A stretch of 32,642 nucleotides of DNA from a virus (taxonomy: Duplodnaviria; Heunggongvirae; Uroviricota; Caudoviricetes): the IMG/VR virus record IMGVR_UViG_2778261268_000005; one strand, given 5' to 3'. A program made the translations under genes and the position numbers. Below the pieces are notes generated by a model. That model did no database searches, was not told the origin of the DNA, and saw nothing but the letters and a program-made list of their open reading frames with translations. Within the stretch, counting starts at the first letter, position 1, and every line of letters begins with the position of its first letter. Of the stretch, positions 1 to 9,640 are shown piece by piece.

Positions 1-348
1 TCATACCGGCACCTGCGTCCGGTAACTGGTCCCATTAAAAAACACAACATCGATGTTATAGGTGGGGTTATCTGCTCCATCTACCTTTGAAATTGCCAGT
101 GATGCAAAATACCCAGCAAACTGTTGCTGAACCATGTTCACATAGTAGTCTGGGTAAATCTGCTGCACGATGCACTGCTGTGCAGGAATACCGTAATTCG
201 CGTAAAACGGCGACTCCCCCAATCCCAGCTTTAACGTCTGAATGAGCGTCGTCAGCCAGCCGTAGGAGAAATCACCGTTGGCGTCAGATTCTACTGCAAC
301 CCATTTTTTGTTGCCGTTCGCGTCGGTGACGCGGCCCGATGTTCTCAT
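1..348 (-). CDS. hypothetical tail/baseplate-associated protein, 115 aa, complete (stop at 1-3)
   Basis: ATG at 348 overlaps the stop of the upstream small ORF (ATGA); position distal to baseplate genes; no family recognised. Confidence 0.4.
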   Translation of the reverse strand: MRTSGRVTDANGNKKWVAVESDANGDFSYGWLTTLIQTLKLGLGESPFYANYGIPAQQCIVQQIYPDYYVNMVQQQFAGYFASLAISKVDGADNPTYNIDVVFFNGTSYRTQVPV

Positions 349-533
349 CGTGCCCCCATCACTTTAACTAACTCTGTCAGTACTGGTGAAAAGGCAAATG
401 CTAAAGCTACGAGTGCAGCGGTGTAATACATGCGTCGTAAGGTATTGCTTTTTGCCACTAATTTTAAGGCTTTCACAATCCAGTCTCCTCCGCTAAAATT
501 AATCACGGAAGACCTCCAAACATACGTAATCAT
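345..533 (-). CDS. small hypothetical protein (62 aa from ATG 533; track start 548 is TTG) with hydrophobic C-terminal segment
   Basis: ORF whose stop is coupled to the next gene start; weak Shine-Dalgarno, start uncertain. Confidence 0.3.
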   Translation of the reverse strand: MITYVWRSSVINFSGGDWIVKALKLVAKSNTLRRMYYTAALVALAFAFSPVLTELVKVMGAR

Positions 534-562
534 CCCTTGCGTATTCAAGGTGAGAAACAGAA

Positions 563-600
563 CCCCCCGACTGGGCCAACAGTCGGGGGGTTCGTTTTAT
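563..600. terminator. GC-rich hairpin (11 bp stem CCCCCCGACTG/CAGTCGGGGGG, 6 nt loop) with T-rich flanks on both strands
   Basis: Perfect inverted repeat read directly; lies between the 237 aa baseplate gene and the small downstream ORFs. Confidence 0.4.
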
Positions 601-630
601 GGTTAGAATTTAAAGTGAAATGAACCGGTA

Positions 631-1344
631 TTAACCAGGATTTGGTTTCTTCGACGTAATCGTGCTGCTGCCGCTTTGAACACCAGTCACATCGTGGCTG
701 TGGCCGCTGACGCTCACGCCGTTGATAACTGCATCCATCTCGACATTAAGAGGACCAATCAGCGAAGCGGTTGTATCCTTCATCTGGGCTTTGTCCTGGA
801 CGATCGGTCCGTTGAGGTGAATTTTCCCGTTCAGGAAAATATCTTCGGCCTCGAGGTAAACAGCTTTCGACTTTTGCCTGATTTCTTCCAGAGCCACCAT
901 TACCGAGCTACTGCCGTCCTCTGTTTTGAGGATCGCGCCATCCGGACCGTACAAAACGATTTTTTGCGGATCTTCGTCGGACCACTCCTTGTTTGCCAGT
1001 GGCACGAAAAACAGGGGAGTGAGCGACATCGAGTAAGAAAGCGTTGCCATACCGGTTCCCAATCCGGACACACCGCGCAGTGATACATCAGCGGCAATTG
1101 TTACTCCTCGATCGCCCGGCTGTATCGGGTAACGGATATACGGGAATGTGGCGACAGGGATTGTTATCTGCGGGAAGTTGATCCCCTCCGGCAGCATATC
1201 AAACTGAACTGTCACTATTTGCCCGCAGATATCGACAACATGGCAGGGCAATTCGCGGCCTTTAAGCTCGGCTTGCTGGTTACCAGAACTGGTCATCATC
1301 TCCGACAGTGTTCGGAGAAACGGTAATTTTTGAGCGTTTGACAT
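631..1344 (-). CDS. putative baseplate spike / central baseplate protein (237 aa)
   Basis: Position after the hub-like gene; Gly/Ser-rich C-terminal tip with GHSH motif; ATG overlaps upstream stop. Confidence 0.4.
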   Translation of the reverse strand: MSNAQKLPFLRTLSEMMTSSGNQQAELKGRELPCHVVDICGQIVTVQFDMLPEGINFPQITIPVATFPYIRYPIQPGDRGVTIAADVSLRGVSGLGTGMATLSYSMSLTPLFFVPLANKEWSDEDPQKIVLYGPDGAILKTEDGSSSVMVALEEIRQKSKAVYLEAEDIFLNGKIHLNGPIVQDKAQMKDTTASLIGPLNVEMDAVINGVSVSGHSHDVTGVQSGSSTITSKKPNPG

Positions 1345-2351
1345 TACACCCTCGCCCAGTTCTCAGCATATGCCTCAAATACCGTCACCCAGGCATCGCC
1401 ATCGGCTGTCAGATACGAACCAATGTGTCTGACTGATTTCACAAGAAATTTCCCGGTGAACGTGGTCGAATTTTTTGCGATAACGCTGGGTACCGTTGTA
1501 TTAGCCATCACAATCGACGCAGCGCCAGAATATAGCCCCTCCGGCAGTTTAACCACATCACCACATCTGATATCGCCTCTCATAGGGCATTTGAAACTGA
1601 CGGTAAACGGCGCTATCCATGTCGGCTGCCCGACCAGTTCATGGGCATGAATTGTTTTTGGCTCACCCCACTTTGCCGATGCGTTATCGTAGATTCGTAT
1701 TCTGTCGGAAAGAATACTGATGGCGATTCCGCTATACCTTTCATTACGCATCATCGCAATAGAGGCGTTTTTTACGACCATAGCCAGCGAACCAATCTCC
1801 GTATATTTGCCCGTCCACGGCTCTGGCAAAACCAGGTTGTCGCTGACTGTGCAATCAATAAGTTTATTGGGATATGCTTTTTGCAAAGCGCGGACTAAAA
1901 CATCGCCCACCCTTTCCCCTGCTTCCCCCTGCCCCTCAATTGAAAAAGGTTTACCGTCATCGGTTTTGCGTATGCTTGGATTTATTACCAGGTTTAAAGT
2001 CTGGTTCGTGCCGATCCAGTTGGCATAGGCCAGATAAATTTCACCATAGATTACCTCCCCCTGTTGATCCTTATTTGCCAGTGGTAACCCCTGAACAAAG
2101 CCTGCTTTCATACGTACCAGACAACCCTGCAAACTTACGCTTTGCTTCAGCATGTCAATTGGTAATCCATAGATCGTCAGCATCGTACCCGAACAGACTA
2201 CATCCAGGCCGGTTACTTCAAAGTCAAATTCAACATGCAACCCACATCCTGGTGTTTCATTGGTATCAAAAGGTCCAATGGGTTTTCCATTGCTATCCAC
2301 TGGCGGCTTGCCTGTTTTAGGATTAATAATTTCCAGTCGGTAATAACGCAT
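1344..2351 (-). CDS. putative baseplate hub / tail protein (335 aa)
   Basis: Size and position two genes downstream of the tape measure gene; TAATG coupling to upstream gene. Confidence 0.4.
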   Translation of the reverse strand: MRYYRLEIINPKTGKPPVDSNGKPIGPFDTNETPGCGLHVEFDFEVTGLDVVCSGTMLTIYGLPIDMLKQSVSLQGCLVRMKAGFVQGLPLANKDQQGEVIYGEIYLAYANWIGTNQTLNLVINPSIRKTDDGKPFSIEGQGEAGERVGDVLVRALQKAYPNKLIDCTVSDNLVLPEPWTGKYTEIGSLAMVVKNASIAMMRNERYSGIAISILSDRIRIYDNASAKWGEPKTIHAHELVGQPTWIAPFTVSFKCPMRGDIRCGDVVKLPEGLYSGAASIVMANTTVPSVIAKNSTTFTGKFLVKSVRHIGSYLTADGDAWVTVFEAYAENWARV

Positions 2352-2617
2352 TACGAAACCTCAAACTGATTCGTACTTTTGCGAAAAACAAGTTTCCCCG
2401 GTGAGCAAGGCAGCGCCAGATTGATGTCGTAACTGTCAGGTGACGCGATCAAAGGCATGTATACAATCACGTCGCCTGAACTGTCTTTCAGTTCCAGGTA
2501 GTAACGATTTGCATACAGATTAAACGGAACGCGGGCGAATGTTTCATATTCTCCGATTCTGGCCGTGAACTGAAATGGTCCTCGCCCGTCAGGTTTGAAA
2601 GGAATTAACGTTGTCAT
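2351..2617 (-). CDS. hypothetical tail protein (88 aa)
   Basis: Translationally coupled ORF (ATGA overlap) inside the tail operon. Confidence 0.4.
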   Translation of the reverse strand: MTTLIPFKPDGRGPFQFTARIGEYETFARVPFNLYANRYYLELKDSSGDVIVYMPLIASPDSYDINLALPCSPGKLVFRKSTNQFEVS

Positions 2618-3282
2618 AAGCCAAAACCAAACTCCTGCACGACCTGGTTCTTAATACCTGACCACGATAGCGCCCCGTCTGACGGCATCCCTTTATCAAA
2701 TTTATCCAGAACGCTCGCCAGCGTTTTTACCGTTTGTTCGACAGACGACAATGGTTGCTCAAACTCAATCTGCCAGGTGTGCTGAACCTGCTTGTTCTGC
2801 TCAGAGAAACCGGATGTATCGATAAACGACCGCATCAGACAGCGCGTGTAGATGAAAGATGGCGTCATTACGGTGTAACAACCGCCATACTGGTTATGCA
2901 TATCGAGCGCCATTTTCAGCGCCGTGAATGTCATCCCCTTAGTGATGTAGCCACCGTCCTCCGTTGATGCCGGACGGATCATCTGCATGACTACCCGGTT
3001 AGGCTTCTTGACGGTCGCATTCGCTGCCGTTACCTGGTTATAGAAATTCAGGTTGCAAATATCCTGCTGAACCAACGTTGTCCCCGCCATCGGGGTAAAT
3101 GCCGCCATCGAGCGTGTACGAATCTCGCCATGCAGCAGACCGTTCACAATGCTTAGGCCTTCGGTCAAAACAGCAATCGGCATCACCCCGCCGGGAATTT
3201 TCGACGCTATGCCATCAACTAAAAGAATGGGCGATACTTCAAACGCCAGTTTGAAAGCTTGTCCAAAGTAATTAAGTGACAT
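2614..3282 (-). CDS. hypothetical tail protein (222 aa) immediately downstream of tape measure
   Basis: ATG start 3 nt after the tape measure stop; operon context. Confidence 0.4.
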   Translation of the reverse strand: MSLNYFGQAFKLAFEVSPILLVDGIASKIPGGVMPIAVLTEGLSIVNGLLHGEIRTRSMAAFTPMAGTTLVQQDICNLNFYNQVTAANATVKKPNRVVMQMIRPASTEDGGYITKGMTFTALKMALDMHNQYGGCYTVMTPSFIYTRCLMRSFIDTSGFSEQNKQVQHTWQIEFEQPLSSVEQTVKTLASVLDKFDKGMPSDGALSWSGIKNQVVQEFGFGL

Positions 3283-3285
3283 GGT

Positions 3286-5361
3286 TTACCCCGGTATTTG
3301 TTGCATTCCGGCGAGTTGTGCCAGTATGTCGGAACCTGGTTTTTGTTGAACGTCGAGCCTGATTACCTGAGAAGTATTATTTGGTGAATATACGTTTCCC
3401 CGGTTCATTGCCAGCGCCCGCATCACATCATCGCCACTTACTGCACGAGCGGCGTCCCCATTTTCATGGTTAATAATGCCCTGAATTAGCTTTCTCATTA
3501 TCTCAAAATTAGAACCATCGATTTTCTCCTTAACACCTAATCCGGTGTACTGAGAGAGATAGCTTTTATAGGACGATGTGTTATTTCCATCAGATGAAGG
3601 GGCATAAATATCAATAATCTGATCAATCGTATTTTTGCCGCGTTTCAGGTATAGCATTACCTGCCGATCTAAGGCAGCAATGCCTTCCAGCATCGTCGGG
3701 AAGCTGGCAAAACGGGCATTTGGCCCCGATTCCAGGGTAGCCCCTTTTTGTCCTGCGAAATTAAGATTTCCGGGATTGTTATTCCTGATCCCTCTGGATA
3801 AATATGCAGATCTGTTTACTTGATTTGAAAATCCCTGCAATCCTCCAGGCCAGACCTTACCCGGATTGTTTTTTTGCCACTCCTGCACTTCGTTAAAATA
3901 ATCAAAGTTGAAACGCCCCTCCAGCCCTTTCATTTCCTCACTGGTGGTAGGTGTGTCATTTGTAGGAATAGCCAATCCAGCTACTGTTCCGGCTGTAGCC
4001 CCAAGAAGACTTCCACCAACAACACGGGCGGCAACTCCGGTCGTTGTGGCTGCCACAGCACCAACTCTCGATGGTCCAGCAAGTACTGCGGCCCCAAAAA
4101 GCCAGGGATGTTCAACCGCAAAACCAACAAACCCGCTAAGTGCCTTAACAACCTTTGCAACATTTTCGGCAAAATTATTCAGGTCGTTATTAAAATCCGG
4201 GCCATTTACATACTTACCAAGTTTATCCAGACCTGTTTCAACATCAGTCAAAATTCTTTTAAAGTTCTCACCGTTAAGGAAATTTAGACCAGCATTCTTT
4301 ACACCATTAGATATTCTAATTAGCTGTACAGAGTTACCCGACATTACCCCCTGAAATCCGCTGGTAAGTTGATCCCAGTTATTTTCTAAGTTGCTGGTAA
4401 GATTCTGATACTGGCTTGTATGTCCAGAGGTGAGCAACGAGTCATTCTGAGAAGCTCGCGATAAAAACTCTTTGTTGAGTTCAGGTATTTTGTCCTGATA
4501 TTTGACTAACTGGTTAGCAATACCAAAATTTACCCATCCAAGGCCACGACCTCTGAGCATGCTCTGAGTAAGTCCAGTTCCCTCATACTCCTTTGCAAGA
4601 GCAGCAACTCTTTCTAACAATACAGGAAGATTTTCTGCTGCCCCTTTTTTAGGATTTATCCCTAATCCAATTAGCCCGTTGTAGGCAGGATGCTGAGTGT
4701 CATTTTGCGCGGCTGCCAGTGTATTGAGCAAATTACCAACACCGGAAAAATAAGGCGAATAAGTGCTTTCTGCCGCCTTTAACTCTCCTGGCGTTGCCTG
4801 CAATTCATCAGCATTTTTCTGTTTCTCTACAACATTACGAGCCATCATGCCAAAGCCAAACGGCCCGGCAACACCCATAACCGCAAGTTTTGTCCCCCAC
4901 GATACGGTGGTTTTAAACAGGTTGTTTAATCTCGAAGTCGTCGTCCGTAGCGTAGAATTGATCTGCTTGTAAGTTTTCAGCGTCTGTTTGGCGTTTTTCC
5001 CCAGCCCGCTGAGGTACTTATCAAACATCGTTTCGCCGCGACCTTTATAGTTGCTCACCAGCGAATCAGGTGTTTTCCCGCTGCCAACAAAGCGCCATTT
5101 TTCATCCCTTAAACGTCCATCAGTGGAAGCAGCCAGAACTGGCGCGGGTGAAGATGGTTTCCTGGGAGCCTGATTGGCTTCTCCGCCTGTGGTTGTCTGC
5201 CAAGAGCCACCTCCCGGACCGGTATTTGAAGGTATTTTAAGCGGCGTACCGGCAGGGCCAATCATCAGTCCGTTGCGATACTTTTCAAATATCGCCTCAA
5301 GCCGCCTGAGGTGTTCTTCATTAACATCCAGCGTCAGAACTGGCATCTGGTTACCAGCCAT
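3286..5361 (-). CDS. tail tape measure protein (691 aa from ATG 5361)
   Basis: Largest tail ORF, directly after the chaperone pair; Gly/Ala-rich hydrophobic stretch; start overlaps the stop of the frameshift-extension ORF (TGATG). Confidence 0.6.
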   Translation of the reverse strand: MAGNQMPVLTLDVNEEHLRRLEAIFEKYRNGLMIGPAGTPLKIPSNTGPGGGSWQTTTGGEANQAPRKPSSPAPVLAASTDGRLRDEKWRFVGSGKTPDSLVSNYKGRGETMFDKYLSGLGKNAKQTLKTYKQINSTLRTTTSRLNNLFKTTVSWGTKLAVMGVAGPFGFGMMARNVVEKQKNADELQATPGELKAAESTYSPYFSGVGNLLNTLAAAQNDTQHPAYNGLIGLGINPKKGAAENLPVLLERVAALAKEYEGTGLTQSMLRGRGLGWVNFGIANQLVKYQDKIPELNKEFLSRASQNDSLLTSGHTSQYQNLTSNLENNWDQLTSGFQGVMSGNSVQLIRISNGVKNAGLNFLNGENFKRILTDVETGLDKLGKYVNGPDFNNDLNNFAENVAKVVKALSGFVGFAVEHPWLFGAAVLAGPSRVGAVAATTTGVAARVVGGSLLGATAGTVAGLAIPTNDTPTTSEEMKGLEGRFNFDYFNEVQEWQKNNPGKVWPGGLQGFSNQVNRSAYLSRGIRNNNPGNLNFAGQKGATLESGPNARFASFPTMLEGIAALDRQVMLYLKRGKNTIDQIIDIYAPSSDGNNTSSYKSYLSQYTGLGVKEKIDGSNFEIMRKLIQGIINHENGDAARAVSGDDVMRALAMNRGNVYSPNNTSQVIRLDVQQKPGSDILAQLAGMQQIPG

Positions 5362-5669
5362 CACAATACTCCTGCGGGATTTTTGAATTTGAGCAGCTCA
5401 CGAAACTGAGCTGCTGTTTTTACATTTAGGCCGGAATCTGCACAGATGTCTCTGAATCCGGCTCCGGCTGAGTAGTCGAGGATGTCGCTGATGACGTGTT
5501 CGCCGTCGCGCCAGAACTGGCGGCTGATTTCAATGTCGGCAATGAAGCGATCCATTCCGTAAGATTCAATAACGAGCATTGAGTGCTCCATACTCCATTG
5601 ACCACATCCATAGTCCCCTTCGCCTGCTCCGGTGAATTTATCGACGAGACGCATGTAAAAAAAATGAGC
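5361..5669 (-). CDS. -1 frame extension ORF of the tail assembly chaperone (GT-like C-terminal part of a frameshift product)
   Basis: Open in the -1 frame relative to the 205 aa chaperone, overlapping it by about 230 nt; begins just after a T-run slippery site and ends exactly at the tape measure start. Confidence 0.45.
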   Translation of the reverse strand, partial: AHFFYMRLVDKFTGAGEGDYGCGQWSMEHSMLVIESYGMDRFIADIEISRQFWRDGEHVISDILDYSAGAGFRDICADSGLNVKTAAQFRELLKFKNPAGVL

Positions 5670-6043
5670 TCACCCGCCACTTCATCCAAATCAATGATTT
5701 CACGCTCCAGCGCCATATCGAGAGGGATTGTGTCGTAGCCTTTACCCTCCACTGGGTAAACAAGATTTGCCAGGCGAATGACCTCATTAACAAGTGTATT
5801 ACGGACCCCTTTATCACCTTCCCAGATATTAGAATCACGCGAGATCCGCTCCAGCATCAAAAAAGCGATACGCGGACCCGCAACGACGCCAAGACCTTCT
5901 GAAAAAATGGCAGAAAAAGTTTTACTCAGAATGAAGAAATGCTCTTTAAACACCTCTTTGCTAATCGGCGTGGCATGGATCCAGCCATTATCCTTTTCTG
6001 TCCGGACAGGAATAATCAGGTTTAAATTTCGCGCGATTTTCAT
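5426..6043 (-). CDS. tail assembly chaperone (205 aa from ATG 6043; track start 6055 is GTG)
   Basis: Sits between tube and tape measure; ATG overlaps tube stop (ATGA); overlapped by a -1 frame ORF. Confidence 0.5.
   Translation of the reverse strand: MKIARNLNLIIPVRTEKDNGWIHATPISKEVFKEHFFILSKTFSAIFSEGLGVVAGPRIAFLMLERISRDSNIWEGDKGVRNTLVNEVIRLANLVYPVEGKGYDTIPLDMALEREIIDLDEVAGELIFFTCVSSINSPEQAKGTMDVVNGVWSTQCSLLNLTEWIASLPTLKSAASSGATANTSSATSSTTQPEPDSETSVQIPA
5657..5664 (-). other. putative -1 programmed ribosomal frameshift slippery run (TTTTTTTT on the coding strand, read as T TTT TTT in the chaperone frame)
   Basis: Homopolymeric heptamer at the point where the -1 frame opens (after a TGA at 5670-5672). 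Confidence 0.4.
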
Positions 6044-6483
6044 ACCAGATCCCACATTTCAGAGTTGATGTAATACGTACCAGTAATGGTGATGGCCACA
6101 CCCGGCTCGCCCCCGGCGAAGGTCATATCCTGCACGTTGGTGATCGCCGTGTTATAGATATCGAAGTCACCGAACACCGTGCTGTCGCTATACACTTTTG
6201 CGTCGCCGATCGTGGCATTCTTTTCCCATTGCGTCTTGAATTGTTTTCCCAGCGCCTGGCTACGCAGCAGATGAACACGCGCCTGTAAAATCATGTATGG
6301 CTGCGGCGACTGCACGGCTCCCGTCATAGCGGGTAAAAACTCCGTGATATTGCCCTGAAAGGACAATTCGACGCCTTCTTTTGCCAGAAAAGAGGCGGAC
6401 ACATTCAGTTCAGAATGGGAGGTAAATTTAACGCTGGCGCGAACCCGGTTAAGGGTGCCAACGGGGATCATTGGATTAGGCAC
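6040..6483 (-). CDS. tail tube protein (147 aa, GTG start with GAGGGA Shine-Dalgarno 7 nt upstream)
   Basis: Small ORF directly downstream of the sheath-sized gene and upstream of the chaperone pair. Confidence 0.5.
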   Translation of the reverse strand: MPNPMIPVGTLNRVRASVKFTSHSELNVSASFLAKEGVELSFQGNITEFLPAMTGAVQSPQPYMILQARVHLLRSQALGKQFKTQWEKNATIGDAKVYSDSTVFGDFDIYNTAITNVQDMTFAGGEPGVAITITGTYYINSEMWDLV

Positions 6484-6494
6484 GGTTCAGTCCC

Positions 6495-7832
6495 TCACGA
6501 AAGCTGCATTGTCACATTGATGTTAAAAATGATTTCGACAAATCCGCGCATCGGCGTATAGGAGGCCGAAAGGCCTGCATAACGCCCGATACCGTAATCA
6601 TTGGGATTAGTGTTGATATACTGGCGGAAAGGCACTGCATCGACGACAGGCTGACCGTTGACCAGGCCGTAAGATACGCCCGTATTGAACACCGCCTGTG
6701 CGACCTGCTGCAGACGGTCGATCCCGTCCTGGTTGTAGTAAAGCGGGTTAATTGGGTTATTGCTACCGTTGATCACCGTGTTGGCGAGCTGCATATCGAC
6801 ATTAATCTGCACCCAGTCCACGGAATACCAGTACGTCATATCGTTACCGTCACTGGTAACGCCTTTCACCAGAATCGTGTTGGAAATTCCCCCCTCAGCC
6901 CCCGTGTCGACGTAGTTAATATTCTGCTTCGTCATCGTGACCAGAATTGAATTTTTGCCCTTGTGGGCGTTTACCGCCTGTAGATAACGAAATGCCATCG
7001 GCGGCACCTTGTTGATTTCTGAAGGTGATGCGGAAACATAGTTCCACATTACGGCTGCTGCCGCGTTTGTCGCCGGGTACGTATCATCCGCCGTTGCAAT
7101 AACCGACTTAATACCGGCATAAGGCGAAACGTAATTCGTGTCGTCCGGCGTTTTCGTCAGCACGAAGAAATACTGCATCGCTTCGTTGGCGGTGTGGAGT
7201 TTTGCCAGACTGATAAATTCTGCGTCACCATCCCACCGCTGCGGCACCAGATACGCATAAAACCGCAGGAGCGGATCTTCCATATAAGCTTTCAGTGCAG
7301 CGATTTCCTTACTGACCCCGCCTTTCTGTACTCCCAGCTCCAGCAGGTAAATCCCAACTGAATTTCCCTGGGCAAAAAACGTGTTTACTGCCGTCACCAG
7401 ATTTTCACTGCCGACAATGGAAAACTGCCCCAGTGTCACTGGCGAACCGGAAAGCTGAGAATCAGCAATCGTCCAGGTCAGTGTTTTTTCATCCGTGACG
7501 GTAGCAGTATATTCGCCATTCCACGCGTCGGGCGAACACCCGGAAACAACAATTTTCACCTCAGAACTGTTTTCGCGTCGGATGTTGCTCCCTTCCGGAA
7601 GCGTCATCGTAACGGTGACGTTTGCCGCAGATTTTCCTGCGGCAGCCGCCGACAACGCAGCAATCGGATTTTTAACCAGATCGTTAATATCCTGATTGCT
7701 GGTGAGTAATACAGGCTTCCCCGGCTCATGAGTCGTGGAGCCAAACGAGAGAACCGCAGACATCTGCTGCAGATTCGAGGGTATGGCCCCGATGGTCTGG
7801 GACACATTCACCGTGACGATATTAAACCCCAT
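6495..7832 (-). CDS. contractile tail sheath protein (445 aa)
   Basis: Size and position immediately upstream of the tube, chaperone and tape measure genes; call is by synteny, not sequence. Confidence 0.5.
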   Translation of the reverse strand: MGFNIVTVNVSQTIGAIPSNLQQMSAVLSFGSTTHEPGKPVLLTSNQDINDLVKNPIAALSAAAAGKSAANVTVTMTLPEGSNIRRENSSEVKIVVSGCSPDAWNGEYTATVTDEKTLTWTIADSQLSGSPVTLGQFSIVGSENLVTAVNTFFAQGNSVGIYLLELGVQKGGVSKEIAALKAYMEDPLLRFYAYLVPQRWDGDAEFISLAKLHTANEAMQYFFVLTKTPDDTNYVSPYAGIKSVIATADDTYPATNAAAAVMWNYVSASPSEINKVPPMAFRYLQAVNAHKGKNSILVTMTKQNINYVDTGAEGGISNTILVKGVTSDGNDMTYWYSVDWVQINVDMQLANTVINGSNNPINPLYYNQDGIDRLQQVAQAVFNTGVSYGLVNGQPVVDAVPFRQYINTNPNDYGIGRYAGLSASYTPMRGFVEIIFNINVTMQLS

Positions 7833-8776
7833 TATTTAACCTCATATTTACAAATGACTTTTTCAATCAACTGCCGGGATATTTCCCGGGCGGTGCTCTG
7901 GTAGTAATTCACGTCAAAATCGACAATCTTTTTCTTCGCCAGAGCGTTGATTTCAACCTGTCCCGACTTTGCGTCCTGAACCACCGGAATATTGGTTACA
8001 CCAAACTTTTCCTCCTCCAGCGCCCTGTTCACCACCGAGTCGACAAGATCCAGCGCCATTTTGTTGCTGAATCCGTAAAGCGTCAGGCGAACCGAATCCT
8101 GGACGAGCTGGAATCGCTCACCACCGAAAACAACGGGAGCCATCTGCAAAGGAATACTGTTGCGAACATCCACCGCGATATACGGAGGGCGAAGGTTCTG
8201 CGGTACCAGGTAAGACGGATACACGGTCGCGGCATCTTTCATTTGCAGCCAGATCGGGATGCTGTTGGATATGATCTGCTCGTCGCTGATATCCTCCTCG
8301 CAGTCGATAATCTGGGAACGCATGGTTGGCAAAATCGCCATGCCGCGATAATGAAAAATACCCGACTGCTGATAGCGGCTCTCCATTCGAGAAAAAGCGA
8401 ACTGGACGCCGCCGTACTCACCGAGATAGATCGCATCGGGATTTTCCACATTAAAATCATCAACCTGCTGAACAGGCGTGAAAATAATGTTGTTCACATC
8501 CTTCGAGACAGACTCGTCCTGAATCGCAATAACCTGACGATGCAGGCTGCCTTTGATTTTCAGACGAGTTGGTGACTCAATATTCAGACGACACAGTTCA
8601 TCGCAACTGATGATTTCCGCATTAACCCAATAGACAAAACCATCCAGCGGCAGAACCTGCCGGACATAGAGCCTGAACGTGATTTCCTGGTCTGACGAGA
8701 TGGTTTCAACTGCGGATTTAAGAACGGACGAGAGCTGCGAACTGTGCTGTCCGGCTAATTCTTCAAGACTCGGCAT
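7832..8776 (-). CDS. hypothetical virion protein (314 aa), head-tail joining region
   Basis: Coupled ORF (TAATG) between head and tail modules. Confidence 0.4.
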   Translation of the reverse strand: MPSLEELAGQHSSQLSSVLKSAVETISSDQEITFRLYVRQVLPLDGFVYWVNAEIISCDELCRLNIESPTRLKIKGSLHRQVIAIQDESVSKDVNNIIFTPVQQVDDFNVENPDAIYLGEYGGVQFAFSRMESRYQQSGIFHYRGMAILPTMRSQIIDCEEDISDEQIISNSIPIWLQMKDAATVYPSYLVPQNLRPPYIAVDVRNSIPLQMAPVVFGGERFQLVQDSVRLTLYGFSNKMALDLVDSVVNRALEEEKFGVTNIPVVQDAKSGQVEINALAKKKIVDFDVNYYQSTAREISRQLIEKVICKYEVK

Positions 8777-9203
8777 TGTTATCTATCCACGCTATAAAGC
8801 TGCCCTTAAACAGGCCGCCATCTATGAATGACGGGCGCCGCTCCCCGGTATATTTGTCCTTAAGCCTTGAGTTAACACCCTGTAACGCAGCCTGGGTTGG
8901 GACCTGATTTCCGTTGATCGTCATTCCGGCCATTTCTTCGGTTTCAAGAAATATATGGAAAATCTTCCCGGTCCCTTCCAGAAAATGCTCGCCAGGTAGC
9001 GGAGCCTTATACTTGAAGTGATTGACCAACTGGTACGCCAGTTCAGTACCTGCCTCCTGGATAATCTCGTCCTTATGCATTTCCCAGAAGTGCGTAAAAA
9101 TTTCGTATCGCTCCTCGAGGTCACAGGCCACGTCAAACGTGGTTTTTCCCGGTTCGTCGCCGTAGTCATACGGCTGGTCGATAACCCCAAAACAAAGTTT
9201 CAT
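8763..9203 (-). CDS. hypothetical virion protein (146 aa from ATG 9203)
   Basis: ATG 9203 overlaps upstream stop (ATGA); track start 9218 is an in-frame upstream ATG. Confidence 0.4.
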   Translation of the reverse strand: MKLCFGVIDQPYDYGDEPGKTTFDVACDLEERYEIFTHFWEMHKDEIIQEAGTELAYQLVNHFKYKAPLPGEHFLEGTGKIFHIFLETEEMAGMTINGNQVPTQAALQGVNSRLKDKYTGERRPSFIDGGLFKGSFIAWIDNNAES

Positions 9204-9640
9204 GGCGTGTAACCCCATACCGTGCCCATCTGCATCAGCACCGCAACAACCTGTCGTCCATACGGATCCTGTAACATCTGCAAATCCAGCAAAGACAGAT
9301 TACTCAGCGCGTCGCTGATGGTGATCGAACCCGATGTCCCCTGGTCTGCTGCCGCGCTGACAAGCCCGGTAGCCAGTTTCCCAAGGTTGAGTTTTTTTCT
9401 CAGGTCGGCAAACCACGAGCCGGGAGCGAAATTCAGGAGAAATGAGGCGGCAGCGTTATAAACCGTTCGCACATAGATGATGGGTAAACGCTCCAGCCCC
9501 TGATCGTGAGGGATTAGCTCCATCGCAGACTGAAAGCAACATTCCAGTGTCGGATCATCGTCAGCAATAGCGTGAACCGGTACTTTCATGTCGTCACGAA
9601 CAAAGCGAATAAACCCCTCCAGTGACGGACGCAGGGTCAT
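9200..9640 (-). CDS. hypothetical virion protein (146 aa)
   Basis: TAATG coupling to upstream gene; head-tail connector region. Confidence 0.4.
   Translation of the reverse strand: MTLRPSLEGFIRFVRDDMKVPVHAIADDDPTLECCFQSAMELIPHDQGLERLPIIYVRTVYNAAASFLLNFAPGSWFADLRKKLNLGKLATGLVSAAADQGTSGSITISDALSNLSLLDLQMLQDPYGRQVVAVLMQMGTVWGYTP

Noticed and set aside
3874-4354. Plus-strand ORFs of 137-148 aa opposite the tape measure gene
   Set aside because: Embedded antisense in a long, well-supported minus-strand gene; compositionally biased; spurious.
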